Source of the DNA: a virus
Taxonomy: Duplodnaviria > Heunggongvirae > Uroviricota > Caudoviricetes
Length of the DNA stretch: 11,573 bases
Virus record (IMG/VR): IMGVR_UViG_2703718806_000003
Direction: 5' to 3' (one strand)
Position 1 is the stretch's first letter, and the number at the start of each line of letters is the position of its first letter. This document shows positions 1-7,903 of the stretch, one piece after another. The notes under the pieces are model-generated. The model ran no database searches and was not told the origin of the DNA. It worked only from the letters and a program-made list of their open reading frames with translations. The translations under genes and the position numbers were made by a program.

Positions 1-479
1 GCAGTACCGCGAAACAACCCAAGCCAGTAAGTGGGGAAATAACACTGGCAGCCACTGAAAGATGAACCTCCAGCCTTATGGCAAAAAAGATTCTTTGTGG
101 TGGCGGACTGATGGAAAGACATCGGTTATTGCAGAGGCCATTCAATGAGTGGTCTCGACAATGGCTTATACCCTACACGGGATAACTTAATTGATATCCT
201 TTTTAACGGATAAAGGCATTTCAGCCTGACATAGCCATGCGCCGTATCGTCGCCGTATTCCTGCATTAACAGAGACCGCAGCCCGACAGGGAGACTCCTC
301 TGCGAGAGTGTGCGGGGATAATCAAAAACGATACACACCGGGGTTTACCGCGTTAACGGAGCGCGGCGTTGTCCCCTCATGGTCGCTGGTCCGGTGCGAT
401 GGTGGAAGAAACTGGATTTTGTTGCAACTGATAACCATTATCATTTTACGGGTCCTTTCCGGCGATCCGGGCCGTTACG

Positions 480-491
480 GGGCGGCGACCT
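480..491 (+). other. cosN: cosN cohesive-end site; the 12-nt lambda cohesive end GGGCGGCGACCT
   Basis: Exact 12-mer GGGCGGCGACCT read at 480-491. Flanks (gccgttacg before; cgcgcgttttcactatttatgaaaatttt after) closely resemble the lambda left end as I recall it. It lies about 170 bp upstream of the Nu1 start, as in lambda. Confidence 0.85.
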
Positions 492-650
492 CGCGCGTTT
501 TCACTATTTATGAAAATTTTTCGGGAAAAAGCAGATCCGTTCTTCTTCTTTTTAACTGATTGATTATCAATAGAATATTAAAAATATAAAAGGATCTGAC
601 AAAGGCTGTTTTTGTTCGAAAACGCCATTTTCAGATCCTTTCTGGTTCCC
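492..650 (+). promoter_or_regulatory. cosB: cosB-like terminase small-subunit binding region: R3-like element (cagatccgttcttc, ~531-545), AT-rich putative IHF bend site (~546-588), R2-like inverted element (aaaggatctga, 589-599), R1-like element (tcagatcctttctgg, 631-645)
   Basis: Seen in sequence: 589-599 (aaaggatctga) is the exact reverse complement of 631-641 (tcagatccttt), and a related direct copy cagatcc-g-ttcttc sits at 532-545. The intervening stretch is strongly AT-rich. The arrangement of two direct elements, one inverted and an AT-rich spacer mirrors lambda cosB R3-I1-R2-R1. Assignment of individual elements is inferred. Confidence 0.55.
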
Positions 651-660
651 GGGGGAGTGT

Positions 661-1209
661 ATGAACGTCAATAAGAAAAAACTGGCCGATATTTTTGGCG
701 TTGATGTCAGGACCATCACCGCCTGGCAGAGTCAGGGGTTACCACTAGTTTCTGGTGGAGGGAAAGGGACTGAATCAGTTTTTGATACAACTGCTGCCAT
801 TCAGTGGTATGCGCAGAGGGAAGCTGATATTGAAAACGAAAAACTCCGTAAAGAGATCGAGGATTTGAGGGCTGCCAGCGAATCAGACCTTCAGCCCGGC
901 ACCATTGATTACGAACGTTACCGACTGACGAAGGCACAGGCCGATGCACAGGAGCTGAAAAATGCTCGTGAGGAAGGCCTTGTCCTCGAGACGGAGTTAT
1001 TTACCTACATCTTTCAGCGAGTGGCACAGAATATATCAGGGATCCTTGTCCGTGTTCCTCAGACACTGCAGCGTAAATACCCTGATATATCACCCGTACA
1101 TCTTGATGCTGTGAAAACTGAAATCGCGAAAGCATCCGATGTGGCTTCTGAAGCCGGTGAGAATGTGCGCAGGTGGATTGATGATTTCAGACGAACTGAG
1201 GGCGGCTAA
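661..1209 (+). CDS. Nu1: Terminase small subunit (lambda gpNu1 homologue), 182 aa
   Basis: Translation [29 protein letters not shown]...GGGKG...[47 protein letters not shown] matches recalled lambda Nu1 (MEVNKKQLADIFGAS...) over most of its length. Length is about the same as lambda Nu1 (~181 aa). A GGGGGAG ribosome-binding site sits 7 nt upstream of the ATG at 661. The gene lies immediately downstream of cos. Confidence 0.95.
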   Translation: MNVNKKKLADIFGVDVRTITAWQSQGLPLVSGGGKGTESVFDTTAAIQWYAQREADIENEKLRKEIEDLRAASESDLQPGTIDYERYRLTKAQADAQELKNAREEGLVLETELFTYIFQRVAQNISGILVRVPQTLQRKYPDISPVHLDAVKTEIAKASDVASEAGENVRRWIDDFRRTEGG

Positions 1210-3109
1210 TTCTGCAGGAGCGATAGCAACCGGCCTCCTTGCGCTAAAAATTCCTGTCCCTCTGACGACAGTTCAGTGGGCAGATCGACATTATTACCTT
1301 CCGAAAGAGTCATCTTACACCCCGGGGCGGTGGGAAACACTGCCGTTTCAGGTTGCCATCATGAACAGCATGGGGAATGACCGGATCCGCACTGTTAATC
1401 TGATTAAATCTGCCCGTGTTGGTTATACAAAGATGTTGCTGGGAGTGGAGGCTTATTTTATTGAGCATAAATCACGCAACAGCCTTCTTTTCCAGCCCAC
1501 GGATTCTGCTGCTGAAGATTTTATGAAATCTCATGTGGAACCCACGATCAGGGATGTGCCGGTTTTACTCGATCTTGCACCGTGGTTTGGGCGTAAACAT
1601 CGTGATAATACCCTCACGCTGAAACGTTTTTCATCGGGCGTGGGCTTCTGGTGCCTGGGCGGGGCTGCCGCTAAAAACTACCGTGAAAAATCCGTGGACG
1701 TGGTCTGCTATGACGAACTTTCCTCGTTCGAACCGGATGTCGAAAAAGAGGGTTCGCCAACCCTGCTTGGGGATAAACGTATTGAGGGCTCTGTATGGCC
1801 CAAATCCATTCGCGGCTCGACGCCTAAAATCAAAGGCACCTGCCAGATCGAAAAAGCGGCCAACGAGTCGGCGCATTTCATGCGTTTTTATGTGCCCTGC
1901 CCACACTGTGGGGAGGAGCAGTATCTGAAATTTGGCGATGAATCCACGCCTTTTGGCCTTAAATGGGAGAAGGACAGCCCCGAAAGCGTTTTCTACCTCT
2001 GTGAACATCATGGCTGCGTGATCCATCAGTCTGAGCTTGACCAGAGCAACGGGCGGTGGATCTGTGAAAACACGGGGATGTGGACCCGTGACGGTCTGAC
2101 GTTTTTCAGCGCCGCGGATAATGAAATTCCGCCGCCGCGCTCCATCACGTTCCATATCTGGACGGCGTACAGTCCGTTCACCACCTGGGTACAGATAGTC
2201 TATGACTGGCTGGATGCACTGAAAGATCCCAACGGCCTGAAAACCTTTGTGAACACCACGCTGGGCGAGACCTGGGAAGAGGCCGTGGGCGAAAAACTCG
2301 ATCACCAGGTACTGATGGATAAGGTCGTGCATTACACGGCGGCGGTGCCAGCCCGGGTGGTTTATCTGACGGCGGGCATTGACTCGCAGCGAAACCGTTT
2401 TGAGATGTATGTCTGGGGATGGGCACCGGGAGAGGAAGCTTTTCTGGTGGATAAAATCATCATTATGGGCCGTCCCGATGAGGAAGAGACGCTGTTACGT
2501 GTGGATGCGGCGATCAACAAAAAATACTGCCATGCAGACGGAACCGAAATGACCATTTCCCGTGTCTGCTGGGACACCGGGGGGATCGATGGTGAAATTG
2601 TCTATCAGAGGTCAAAAAAACACGGTGTTTTCCGGGTGCTGCCGGTAAAAGGCGCATCTGTCTATGGCAAGCCGGTGATCACCATGCCGAAAACCCGCAA
2701 TCAGCGGGGCGTGTATCTGTGTGAAGTGGGGACGGACACCGCAAAAGAAATTCTCTATGCCCGTATGAAAGCCGATCCCACGCCTGCGGATGAAGCCACG
2801 TCGTATGCCATCCGTTTTCCTGATGATCCGGAGATTTTTTCGCAGACAGAGGCGCAGCAACTGGTCGCGGAAGAGCTTGTGGAGAAGTGGGAAAAAGGAA
2901 AGATGCGTCTGCTGTGGGATAACAAAAAGCGGCGTAACGAAGCGCTGGACTGCCTGGTGTATGCCTATGCGGCATTACGTGTGTCCGTGCAACGCTGGCA
3001 GCTTGATCTGGCTGTACTGGCAAAATCCCGGGAAGAAGAGACGACCCGGCCAACCCTGAAAGAACTGGCAGCGAAGCTGTCCGGAGGAGTGAATGGTTAC
3101 AGTCGCTGA
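1181..3109 (+). CDS. A: Terminase large subunit (lambda gpA homologue), ~642 aa from ATG 1181
   Basis: The ORF translation contains [79 protein letters not shown] and [23 protein letters not shown], all close to recalled lambda gpA. The ORF track starts at 1139, but ATG 1181 gives a length matching lambda gpA (~641 aa) and a 29-nt overlap with the Nu1 stop like lambda. The start is uncertain between 1139, 1163 and 1181. Confidence 0.93.
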   Translation: MISDELRAANSAGAIATGLLALKIPVPLTTVQWADRHYYLPKESSYTPGRWETLPFQVAIMNSMGNDRIRTVNLIKSARVGYTKMLLGVEAYFIEHKSRNSLLFQPTDSAAEDFMKSHVEPTIRDVPVLLDLAPWFGRKHRDNTLTLKRFSSGVGFWCLGGAAAKNYREKSVDVVCYDELSSFEPDVEKEGSPTLLGDKRIEGSVWPKSIRGSTPKIKGTCQIEKAANESAHFMRFYVPCPHCGEEQYLKFGDESTPFGLKWEKDSPESVFYLCEHHGCVIHQSELDQSNGRWICENTGMWTRDGLTFFSAADNEIPPPRSITFHIWTAYSPFTTWVQIVYDWLDALKDPNGLKTFVNTTLGETWEEAVGEKLDHQVLMDKVVHYTAAVPARVVYLTAGIDSQRNRFEMYVWGWAPGEEAFLVDKIIIMGRPDEEETLLRVDAAINKKYCHADGTEMTISRVCWDTGGIDGEIVYQRSKKHGVFRVLPVKGASVYGKPVITMPKTRNQRGVYLCEVGTDTAKEILYARMKADPTPADEATSYAIRFPDDPEIFSQTEAQQLVAEELVEKWEKGKMRLLWDNKKRRNEALDCLVYAYAALRVSVQRWQLDLAVLAKSREEETTRPTLKELAAKLSGGVNGYSR

Positions 3110-3299
3110 ACTACAGGCGCTGCGTCAGGCGCGCCTTGATTTATTAACCGGTAAACGGGTGGTGTCTGTCCAGAAAGATGGTCGCAGAATTGAATATACG
3201 GCGGCTTCTCTGGATGAGCTTAACCGGGCGATCAATGATGCGGAGTCGGTACTGGGGACAACCCGACGTCGCCGTCGTCCGCTGGGAGTGAGGTTATGA
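3093..3299 (+). CDS. W: Head-tail joining / head completion protein (lambda gpW homologue), 68 aa
   Basis: Translation ...LTGKRVVSVQKDGRRIEYTAASLDEL... matches lambda gpW ([24 protein letters not shown]), which is also 68 aa. GGAGG at 3083-3087 sits 5 nt upstream of the ATG. The start overlaps the A stop. Confidence 0.93.
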   Translation: MVTVAELQALRQARLDLLTGKRVVSVQKDGRRIEYTAASLDELNRAINDAESVLGTTRRRRRPLGVRL

Positions 3300-4888
3300 A
3301 ACGAACGCCTGTCCTGATTGATGTGAACGGCGTTCCGCTTCGTGAGAGTCTCAGCTACAACGGGGGCGGCGCAGGATTTGGCGGGCAAATGGCGGAGTGG
3401 TTGCCACCGGCGCAGAGTGCCGATGCAGCCCTGCTGCCTGCGTTGCGTCTGGGGAATGCCCGGGCAGATGATCTGGTGCGCAATAACGGGATAGCGGCTA
3501 ATGCGGTGGCCCTGCATAAGGATCATATTGTCGGGCATATGTTTCTGATCAGCTACCGTCCGAACTGGCGCTGGCTGGGGATGCGGGAGACTGCGGCAAA
3601 AAGTTTTGTCGATGAGGTGGAGGCGGCCTGGTCGGAATACGCCGAAGGGATGTTTGGCGAGATCGACGTGGAAGGGAAACGCACGTTTACGGAATTTATC
3701 CGTGAAGGTGTGGGCGTTCATGCGTTTAACGGCGAAATCTTTGTGCAGCCGGTCTGGGATACGGAGAGCACGCAACTGTTTCGTACGCGTTTTAAAGCCG
3801 TGAGTCCGAAACGGGTGGACACGCCAGGACACGGTATGGGGAACCGTTTTCTGCGGGCCGGTGTGGAGGTCGATCGATATGGTCGTGCCGTTGCGTACCA
3901 TATCTGTGAGGATGATTTTCCGTTCTCTGGGAGTGGACGATGGGAACGGATCCCGCGTGAACTTCCCACCGGGCGTCCGGCCATGCTGCATATTTTCGAG
4001 CCGGTGGAGGACGGGCAGACCCGTGGGGCCAATCAGTTTTACAGCGTCATGGAACGGCTGAAGATGCTCGATTCCCTGCAGGCAACACAGCTTCAGTCGG
4101 CCATAGTGAAGGCGATGTATGCAGCGACGATTGAAAGTGACCTTGATACCGAAAAGGCCTTTGAATATATCGCCGGTGCGCCGCAGGGGCAGAAGGATAA
4201 TCCGCTTATTAATATTCTGGATAAGTTCTCCACCTGGTATGACACGAATAGCGTGACGCTGGGCGGTGTTAAAATTCCGCACCTTTTCCCCGGTGATGAT
4301 CTGAAACTTCAGACCGCGCAGGATTCAGACAATGGATTTTCGGCGCTTGAACAGGCGCTGCTGCGGTATATCGCCGCCGGTCTTGGCGTTTCCTACGAAC
4401 AGTTGTCTCGTGATTACTCGAAGGTCAGTTATTCAAGTGCCCGCGCATCCGCCAATGAGTCGTGGCGCTATTTTATGGGGCGGCGAAAATTTATTGCGTC
4501 CCGGCTGGCCACGCAGATGTTTTCCTGCTGGCTGGAAGAGGCACTTCTTCGGGGGATTATTCGTCCGCCACGGGCACGTTTTGATTTTTATCAGGCGCGA
4601 TCAGCCTGGTCACGGGCTGAGTGGATTGGAGCCGGAAGAATGGCCATTGACGGGCTCAAGGAGGTTCAGGAATCAGTGATGCGCATTGAGGCCGGACTGA
4701 GCACGTATGAGAAAGAGCTGGCGCTGATGGGCGAGGATTATCAGGACATTTTCCGCCAGCAGGTCAGGGAATCTGCAGAGCGGGAAAAAGCCGGACTCTC
4801 ACGTCCGGTGTGGATAGCGCAGGCGTATCAGCAGCAGATAGCGGAGAGTCGCAGGCCGGAAGAGGAGACAACACCACGTGAGACGTAA
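3296..4888 (+). CDS. B: Portal protein (lambda gpB homologue), 530 aa
   Basis: Position and size match lambda gpB (~533 aa). An ATGA start/stop overlap with W indicates translational coupling. The N-terminus MKRTPVLIDVNG... and the long uninterrupted ORF with enteric codon usage are consistent. Homology is judged by recall of the lambda B family and gene order. Confidence 0.93.
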   Translation: MKRTPVLIDVNGVPLRESLSYNGGGAGFGGQMAEWLPPAQSADAALLPALRLGNARADDLVRNNGIAANAVALHKDHIVGHMFLISYRPNWRWLGMRETAAKSFVDEVEAAWSEYAEGMFGEIDVEGKRTFTEFIREGVGVHAFNGEIFVQPVWDTESTQLFRTRFKAVSPKRVDTPGHGMGNRFLRAGVEVDRYGRAVAYHICEDDFPFSGSGRWERIPRELPTGRPAMLHIFEPVEDGQTRGANQFYSVMERLKMLDSLQATQLQSAIVKAMYAATIESDLDTEKAFEYIAGAPQGQKDNPLINILDKFSTWYDTNSVTLGGVKIPHLFPGDDLKLQTAQDSDNGFSALEQALLRYIAAGLGVSYEQLSRDYSKVSYSSARASANESWRYFMGRRKFIASRLATQMFSCWLEEALLRGIIRPPRARFDFYQARSAWSRAEWIGAGRMAIDGLKEVQESVMRIEAGLSTYEKELALMGEDYQDIFRQQVRESAEREKAGLSRPVWIAQAYQQQIAESRRPEEETTPRET

Positions 4889-6383
4889 TCTTTCACACAT
4901 TATTGCCGCAGCATTCAATGAACCGCTGCTTCTGGAGCCCGCCTATGCGCGGGTTTTCTTTTGCGCGCTCGGGCGCGAGATGGGGGCAGCAAGTCTTTCG
5001 GTACCACAACAGCAGGTACAGCTTGATGCTCCCGGAATGCTGGCTGAAACGGACGAGTACATGGCCGGAGGTAAACGACCGGCCCGTGTTTACCGGGTGG
5101 TGAACGGTATTGCTGTACTGCCGGTGACCGGCACGCTGGTGCACCGGCTGGGCGGTATGCGGCCATTTTCCGGAATGACAGGCTATGACGGCATTGTCGC
5201 CTGTCTTCAGCAGGCAATGGCAGATAGCCAGGTGCGGGGCGTACTGCTGGACATTGACAGTCCTGGCGGGCAGGCCGCCGGCGCGTTTGACTGCGCTGAC
5301 ATGATTTACCGCCTCCGTCAGCAGAAGCCGGTCTGGGCACTGTGCAATGACACGGCCTGTTCTGCAGCCATGCTGCTGGCGTCGGCCTGCTCCCGACGGC
5401 TGGTTACCCAGACATCCCGTATCGGCTCCATTGGCGTGATGATGAGCCATGTCAGCTATGCCGGTCATCTGGCGCAGGCCGGGGTGGATATCACGCTGAT
5501 TTATGCCGGGGCGCACAAGGTGGATGGCAATCAGTTTGAAGCCTTACCGGCAGAGGTGCGTCAGGACATGCAGCAGCGGGTTGATGCGGCGCACCGGATG
5601 TTTGCCGAAAAAGTGGCGATGTATACGGGGCTGTCTGTGGAAGCTGTCACGGGGACAGAGGCTGCCGTTTTTGAAGGTCAGTCCGCTATTAAGGCCGGAC
5701 TGGCGGATGAATTAATCAATGCGTCGGATGCCATCAGCGTGATGGCTGCGGCGCTGAACACTCATGATACAGGAGGCACTATGCCGCAATTAACTGCAAC
5801 GGAAGCTGCCGCGCAGGAGAACCAGCGAGTGATGGGGATCCTGACGTGTCAGGAAGCGAAAGGACGTGAACAGCTTGCCACGATGCTGGCAGGACAACAG
5901 GGCATGAGCATTGAACAGGCCCGGGCGATTCTGGCCGCGGCGGCACCACAGCAGCCGGTGGCATCCGCGCAGAGTGAAGCCGATCGCATTATGGCGTGTG
6001 AAGAAGCGAAAGGTCGTGAACAACTGGCGGCAACGCTGGCGGCGATGCCGGAGATGACGGTGGAAAAAGCCCGCCCGATCCTCGCTGCCTCACCGCAGGC
6101 GAATGCCGGGCCCTCACTTCGTGATCAGATCATGGCCCTGGATGAGGCAAAAGGGGCAGAAGCGCAGGCTGAAAAACTGGCGGCCTGCCCGGGAATGACC
6201 GTGGAGAACGCCCGGGCTGTGCTGGCTGCGGGATCAGGTAAGGCCGAACCGGTCTCTGCATCCACAACCGCCTTGTTTGAACATTTCATGGCGAACCATT
6301 CACCGGCAGCGGTACAGGGTGGCGTGTCACAGACGTCAGCAGACGGTGATGCGGACGTGAAAATGCTCATGGCCATGCCATGA
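4878..6383 (+). CDS. C: Head maturation protease / scaffold (lambda gpC homologue, S49 ClpP-like peptidase family), 501 aa, GTG start
   Basis: N-terminus ...AFNEPLLLEPAYARVFFCAL... is nearly identical to recalled lambda gpC (MAFNEPLMLEPAYARVFFCAL). Also matching are GIAVLPVTGTLV, MTGYDGI, GVLLDIDSPGG..AGAFDCADMI, KPVWAL.ND...SAA.LLASA.SRRLVTQT.R.GSIGVMM and LIYAGAHKVDGN. No in-frame ATG is available upstream of the conserved region; GTG 4878 is preceded by GAGGAG at 4862-4867. It is about 60 aa longer than lambda gpC (~439 aa) because of C-terminal repeats. Confidence 0.9.
   Translation: MRRNLSHIIAAAFNEPLLLEPAYARVFFCALGREMGAASLSVPQQQVQLDAPGMLAETDEYMAGGKRPARVYRVVNGIAVLPVTGTLVHRLGGMRPFSGMTGYDGIVACLQQAMADSQVRGVLLDIDSPGGQAAGAFDCADMIYRLRQQKPVWALCNDTACSAAMLLASACSRRLVTQTSRIGSIGVMMSHVSYAGHLAQAGVDITLIYAGAHKVDGNQFEALPAEVRQDMQQRVDAAHRMFAEKVAMYTGLSVEAVTGTEAAVFEGQSAIKAGLADELINASDAISVMAAALNTHDTGGTMPQLTATEAAAQENQRVMGILTCQEAKGREQLATMLAGQQGMSIEQARAILAAAAPQQPVASAQSEADRIMACEEAKGREQLAATLAAMPEMTVEKARPILAASPQANAGPSLRDQIMALDEAKGAEAQAEKLAACPGMTVENARAVLAAGSGKAEPVSASTTALFEHFMANHSPAAVQGGVSQTSADGDADVKMLMAMP
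5781..6383 (+). CDS. Nu3: Putative nested in-frame scaffolding protein (lambda gpNu3 analogue) translated from an internal start of C, ~200 aa
   Basis: A perfect AGGAGG at 5771-5776 sits 4 nt upstream of in-frame ATG 5781 inside C. In lambda, Nu3 is expressed from an internal in-frame start in the 3' part of C. The downstream sequence is Ala/Glu/Gln-rich and repetitive, typical of a scaffold. The internal start is inferred, not demonstrated. Confidence 0.55.
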   Translation: MPQLTATEAAAQENQRVMGILTCQEAKGREQLATMLAGQQGMSIEQARAILAAAAPQQPVASAQSEADRIMACEEAKGREQLAATLAAMPEMTVEKARPILAASPQANAGPSLRDQIMALDEAKGAEAQAEKLAACPGMTVENARAVLAAGSGKAEPVSASTTALFEHFMANHSPAAVQGGVSQTSADGDADVKMLMAMP

Positions 6384-6418
6384 AGTCAGTGCTGACATCA
6401 ATATGAGGTTTTTACAAA

Positions 6419-6766
6419 ATGGTGACGAAAACCATCACTGAACAGCGTGCGGAAGTACGTATTTTTGCCGGTAATGATCCGGCTCACACTGCCACAGGCA
6501 GCAGCGGGATTTCTTCTGCAACACCGGCTCTGACGCCCCTGATGCTGGATGAAGCCAGCGGGAAACTGGTGGTCTGGGACGGACAGAAAGCCGGTAGTGC
6601 GGTTGGCATACTGGTACTGCCGCTTGAAGGCACAGAGACGGTGCTGACCTATTACAAGTCGGGGACCTTTGCGACGGAGGCAATCCACTGGCCTGAAAGT
6701 GTGGATGAACACAAAAAGGCAAACGCCTTTGCTGGCAGTGCCCTGAGTCACGCGGCTCTGCCGTAA
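6419..6766 (+). CDS. D: Head decoration protein (lambda gpD homologue), 115 aa
   Basis: Translation contains DPAHTAT, TPLMLD, KLVVWDG, AVGIL, YYKSGTF, WPE and AFAGSA in the same order as lambda gpD (~110 aa). It lies between C and E as in lambda. Confidence 0.93.
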   Translation: MVTKTITEQRAEVRIFAGNDPAHTATGSSGISSATPALTPLMLDEASGKLVVWDGQKAGSAVGILVLPLEGTETVLTYYKSGTFATEAIHWPESVDEHKKANAFAGSALSHAALP

Positions 6767-6823
6767 CACGTTATCAGGCCACTACGTTGGCCTGACTGAT
6801 TTCTTAATGAAAGGAACTGATTT

Positions 6824-7852
6824 ATGGGATTGTTTACGACCCGCCAGTTGCTCGGTTATACCGAACAAAAAGTGAAATTTCGTGCGCTGTTTCTGGAACT
6901 GTTTTTCCGCCGTACGGTGAATTTCCACACTGAAGAGGTGATGCTGGACAAAATTACCGGAAAAACGCCTGTGGCGGCCTATGTCTCCCCGGTCGTTGAA
7001 GGAAAAGTGTTGCGTCATCGTGGTGGTGAAACCCGTGTGTTACGTCCGGGCTATGTCAAGCCGAAACACGAATTTAATTACCAGCAGGCGGTTGAGCGCC
7101 TTCCTGGTGAAGATCCGACTCAACTGAACGATCAGACTTACCGCCGTCTGCGTATCATTACCGATAACCTCAAACAGGAAGAGCACGCGATTGTCCAGGT
7201 GGAAGAAATGCAGGCAGTAAATGCTGTGTTGTATGGCAAATACACCATGGAAGGAGACCAGTTCGAGAAAATTGAGGTCGATTTTGGCAGGTCGACGAAG
7301 AATAACATCACTCAGGGTAGTGGTAAGGAGTGGTCAAAACAGGATCGTGACACGTTCGATCCTACACATGATATTGATCTCTACTGCGACCAGGCCAGCG
7401 GTCTTGTGAATATTGCCATTATGGACGGTATCGTCTGGCGTCTGCTGAATGGCTTTAAGCTGTTCCGTGAAAAACTGGATACCCGTCGCGGCTCAAATTC
7501 ACAACTCGAAACGGCAGTGAAAGACCTGGGGGCGGTGGTGTCCTTCAAAGGGTATTACGGCGATCTGGCCATTGTGGTGGCGAAAACGTCTTATGTGGCA
7601 GAGGACGGTACCGAAAAACGTTATCTGCCGGAGGGCTCGCTGGTTCTGGGGAATACGGCAGCAGATGGCATTCGTTGTTACGGTGCCATTCAGGATGCGC
7701 AGGCGTTGTCCGAAGGTGTGGTGGCCTCTTCCCGTTATCCGAAACACTGGCAGACCGTGGGCGATCCGGCCCGTGAATTCACCATGACGCAGTCCGCGCC
7801 GCTGATGGTGTTGCCGGACCCGGATGAGTTTGTGGTGGTACAGGTGAAATAA
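6824..7852 (+). CDS. E: Major capsid protein (lambda gpE homologue), 342 aa
   Basis: Translation contains YVSPVVEG, PGYVKPKHE, RRLRII, AIVQVEEMQAVNAVLYGKYTMEGD, LDTRRGSNSQLETAVKDLG, GDLAIVV and GDPAREFTMTQSAPLMVLPDPDEFVVVQ, closely matching recalled lambda gpE (~341 aa). An AAAGGA ribosome-binding site lies upstream of ATG 6824. Confidence 0.95.
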   Translation: MGLFTTRQLLGYTEQKVKFRALFLELFFRRTVNFHTEEVMLDKITGKTPVAAYVSPVVEGKVLRHRGGETRVLRPGYVKPKHEFNYQQAVERLPGEDPTQLNDQTYRRLRIITDNLKQEEHAIVQVEEMQAVNAVLYGKYTMEGDQFEKIEVDFGRSTKNNITQGSGKEWSKQDRDTFDPTHDIDLYCDQASGLVNIAIMDGIVWRLLNGFKLFREKLDTRRGSNSQLETAVKDLGAVVSFKGYYGDLAIVVAKTSYVAEDGTEKRYLPEGSLVLGNTAADGIRCYGAIQDAQALSEGVVASSRYPKHWQTVGDPAREFTMTQSAPLMVLPDPDEFVVVQVK

Positions 7853-7861
7853 TCCGTGAGA

Positions 7862-7889
7862 GGGGGCGAAATGCCCCCGTGTCTTTTTT
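7862..7889 (+). terminator. Rho-independent terminator-like hairpin downstream of E: stem GGGGGC (7862-7867), loop GAAAT, stem GCCCCC (7873-7878), then T-tract at 7884-7889
   Basis: Read directly: agggggcGAAATgcccccgtgtcttttttc, starting 10 nt after the E stop codon. A perfect 6-bp G/C stem followed by a run of six T is the canonical intrinsic terminator architecture. Function is inferred. Confidence 0.5.
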
Positions 7890-7903
7890 CACTGGGGGCT
7901 GAT

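Noticed and set aside
308-559. Plus-strand ORF of 83 aa
   Set aside because: It spans cosN and the cosB elements, has no ribosome-binding site, and its sequence is the conserved lambda-like cos DNA. It is almost certainly noncoding.
1139-1180. Upstream ATG (1139) and ATG (1163) as start of A
   Set aside because: ATG 1181 gives a protein length and Nu1 overlap matching lambda gpA. The extra 14 residues from 1139 ([14 protein letters not shown]) have no counterpart in lambda. It cannot be fully excluded without alignment.
1631-2332. Minus-strand ORF of 233 aa
   Set aside because: Antisense to terminase large subunit A; shadow ORF.
3125-4282. Minus-strand ORF of 385 aa
   Set aside because: Antisense to the portal gene B; Arg/Pro-rich shadow ORF with no start context.
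4893-5516. Minus-strand ORFs of 207 and 141 aa
   Set aside because: Antisense to C; shadow ORFs with Arg/Pro/Ala-rich composition.
6824-6840. Alternative upstream start for E
   Set aside because: ATG 6824 with an upstream AAAGGA gives a protein collinear with lambda gpE from its N-terminus. No in-frame start with better context lies upstream.
7856-7903. GTG 7856 as start of FI (ORF-track start)
   Set aside because: It would place the start codon 3 nt after the E stop and translate through the terminator-like hairpin. ATG 7904 has a better ribosome-binding site and gives a size closer to lambda FI.
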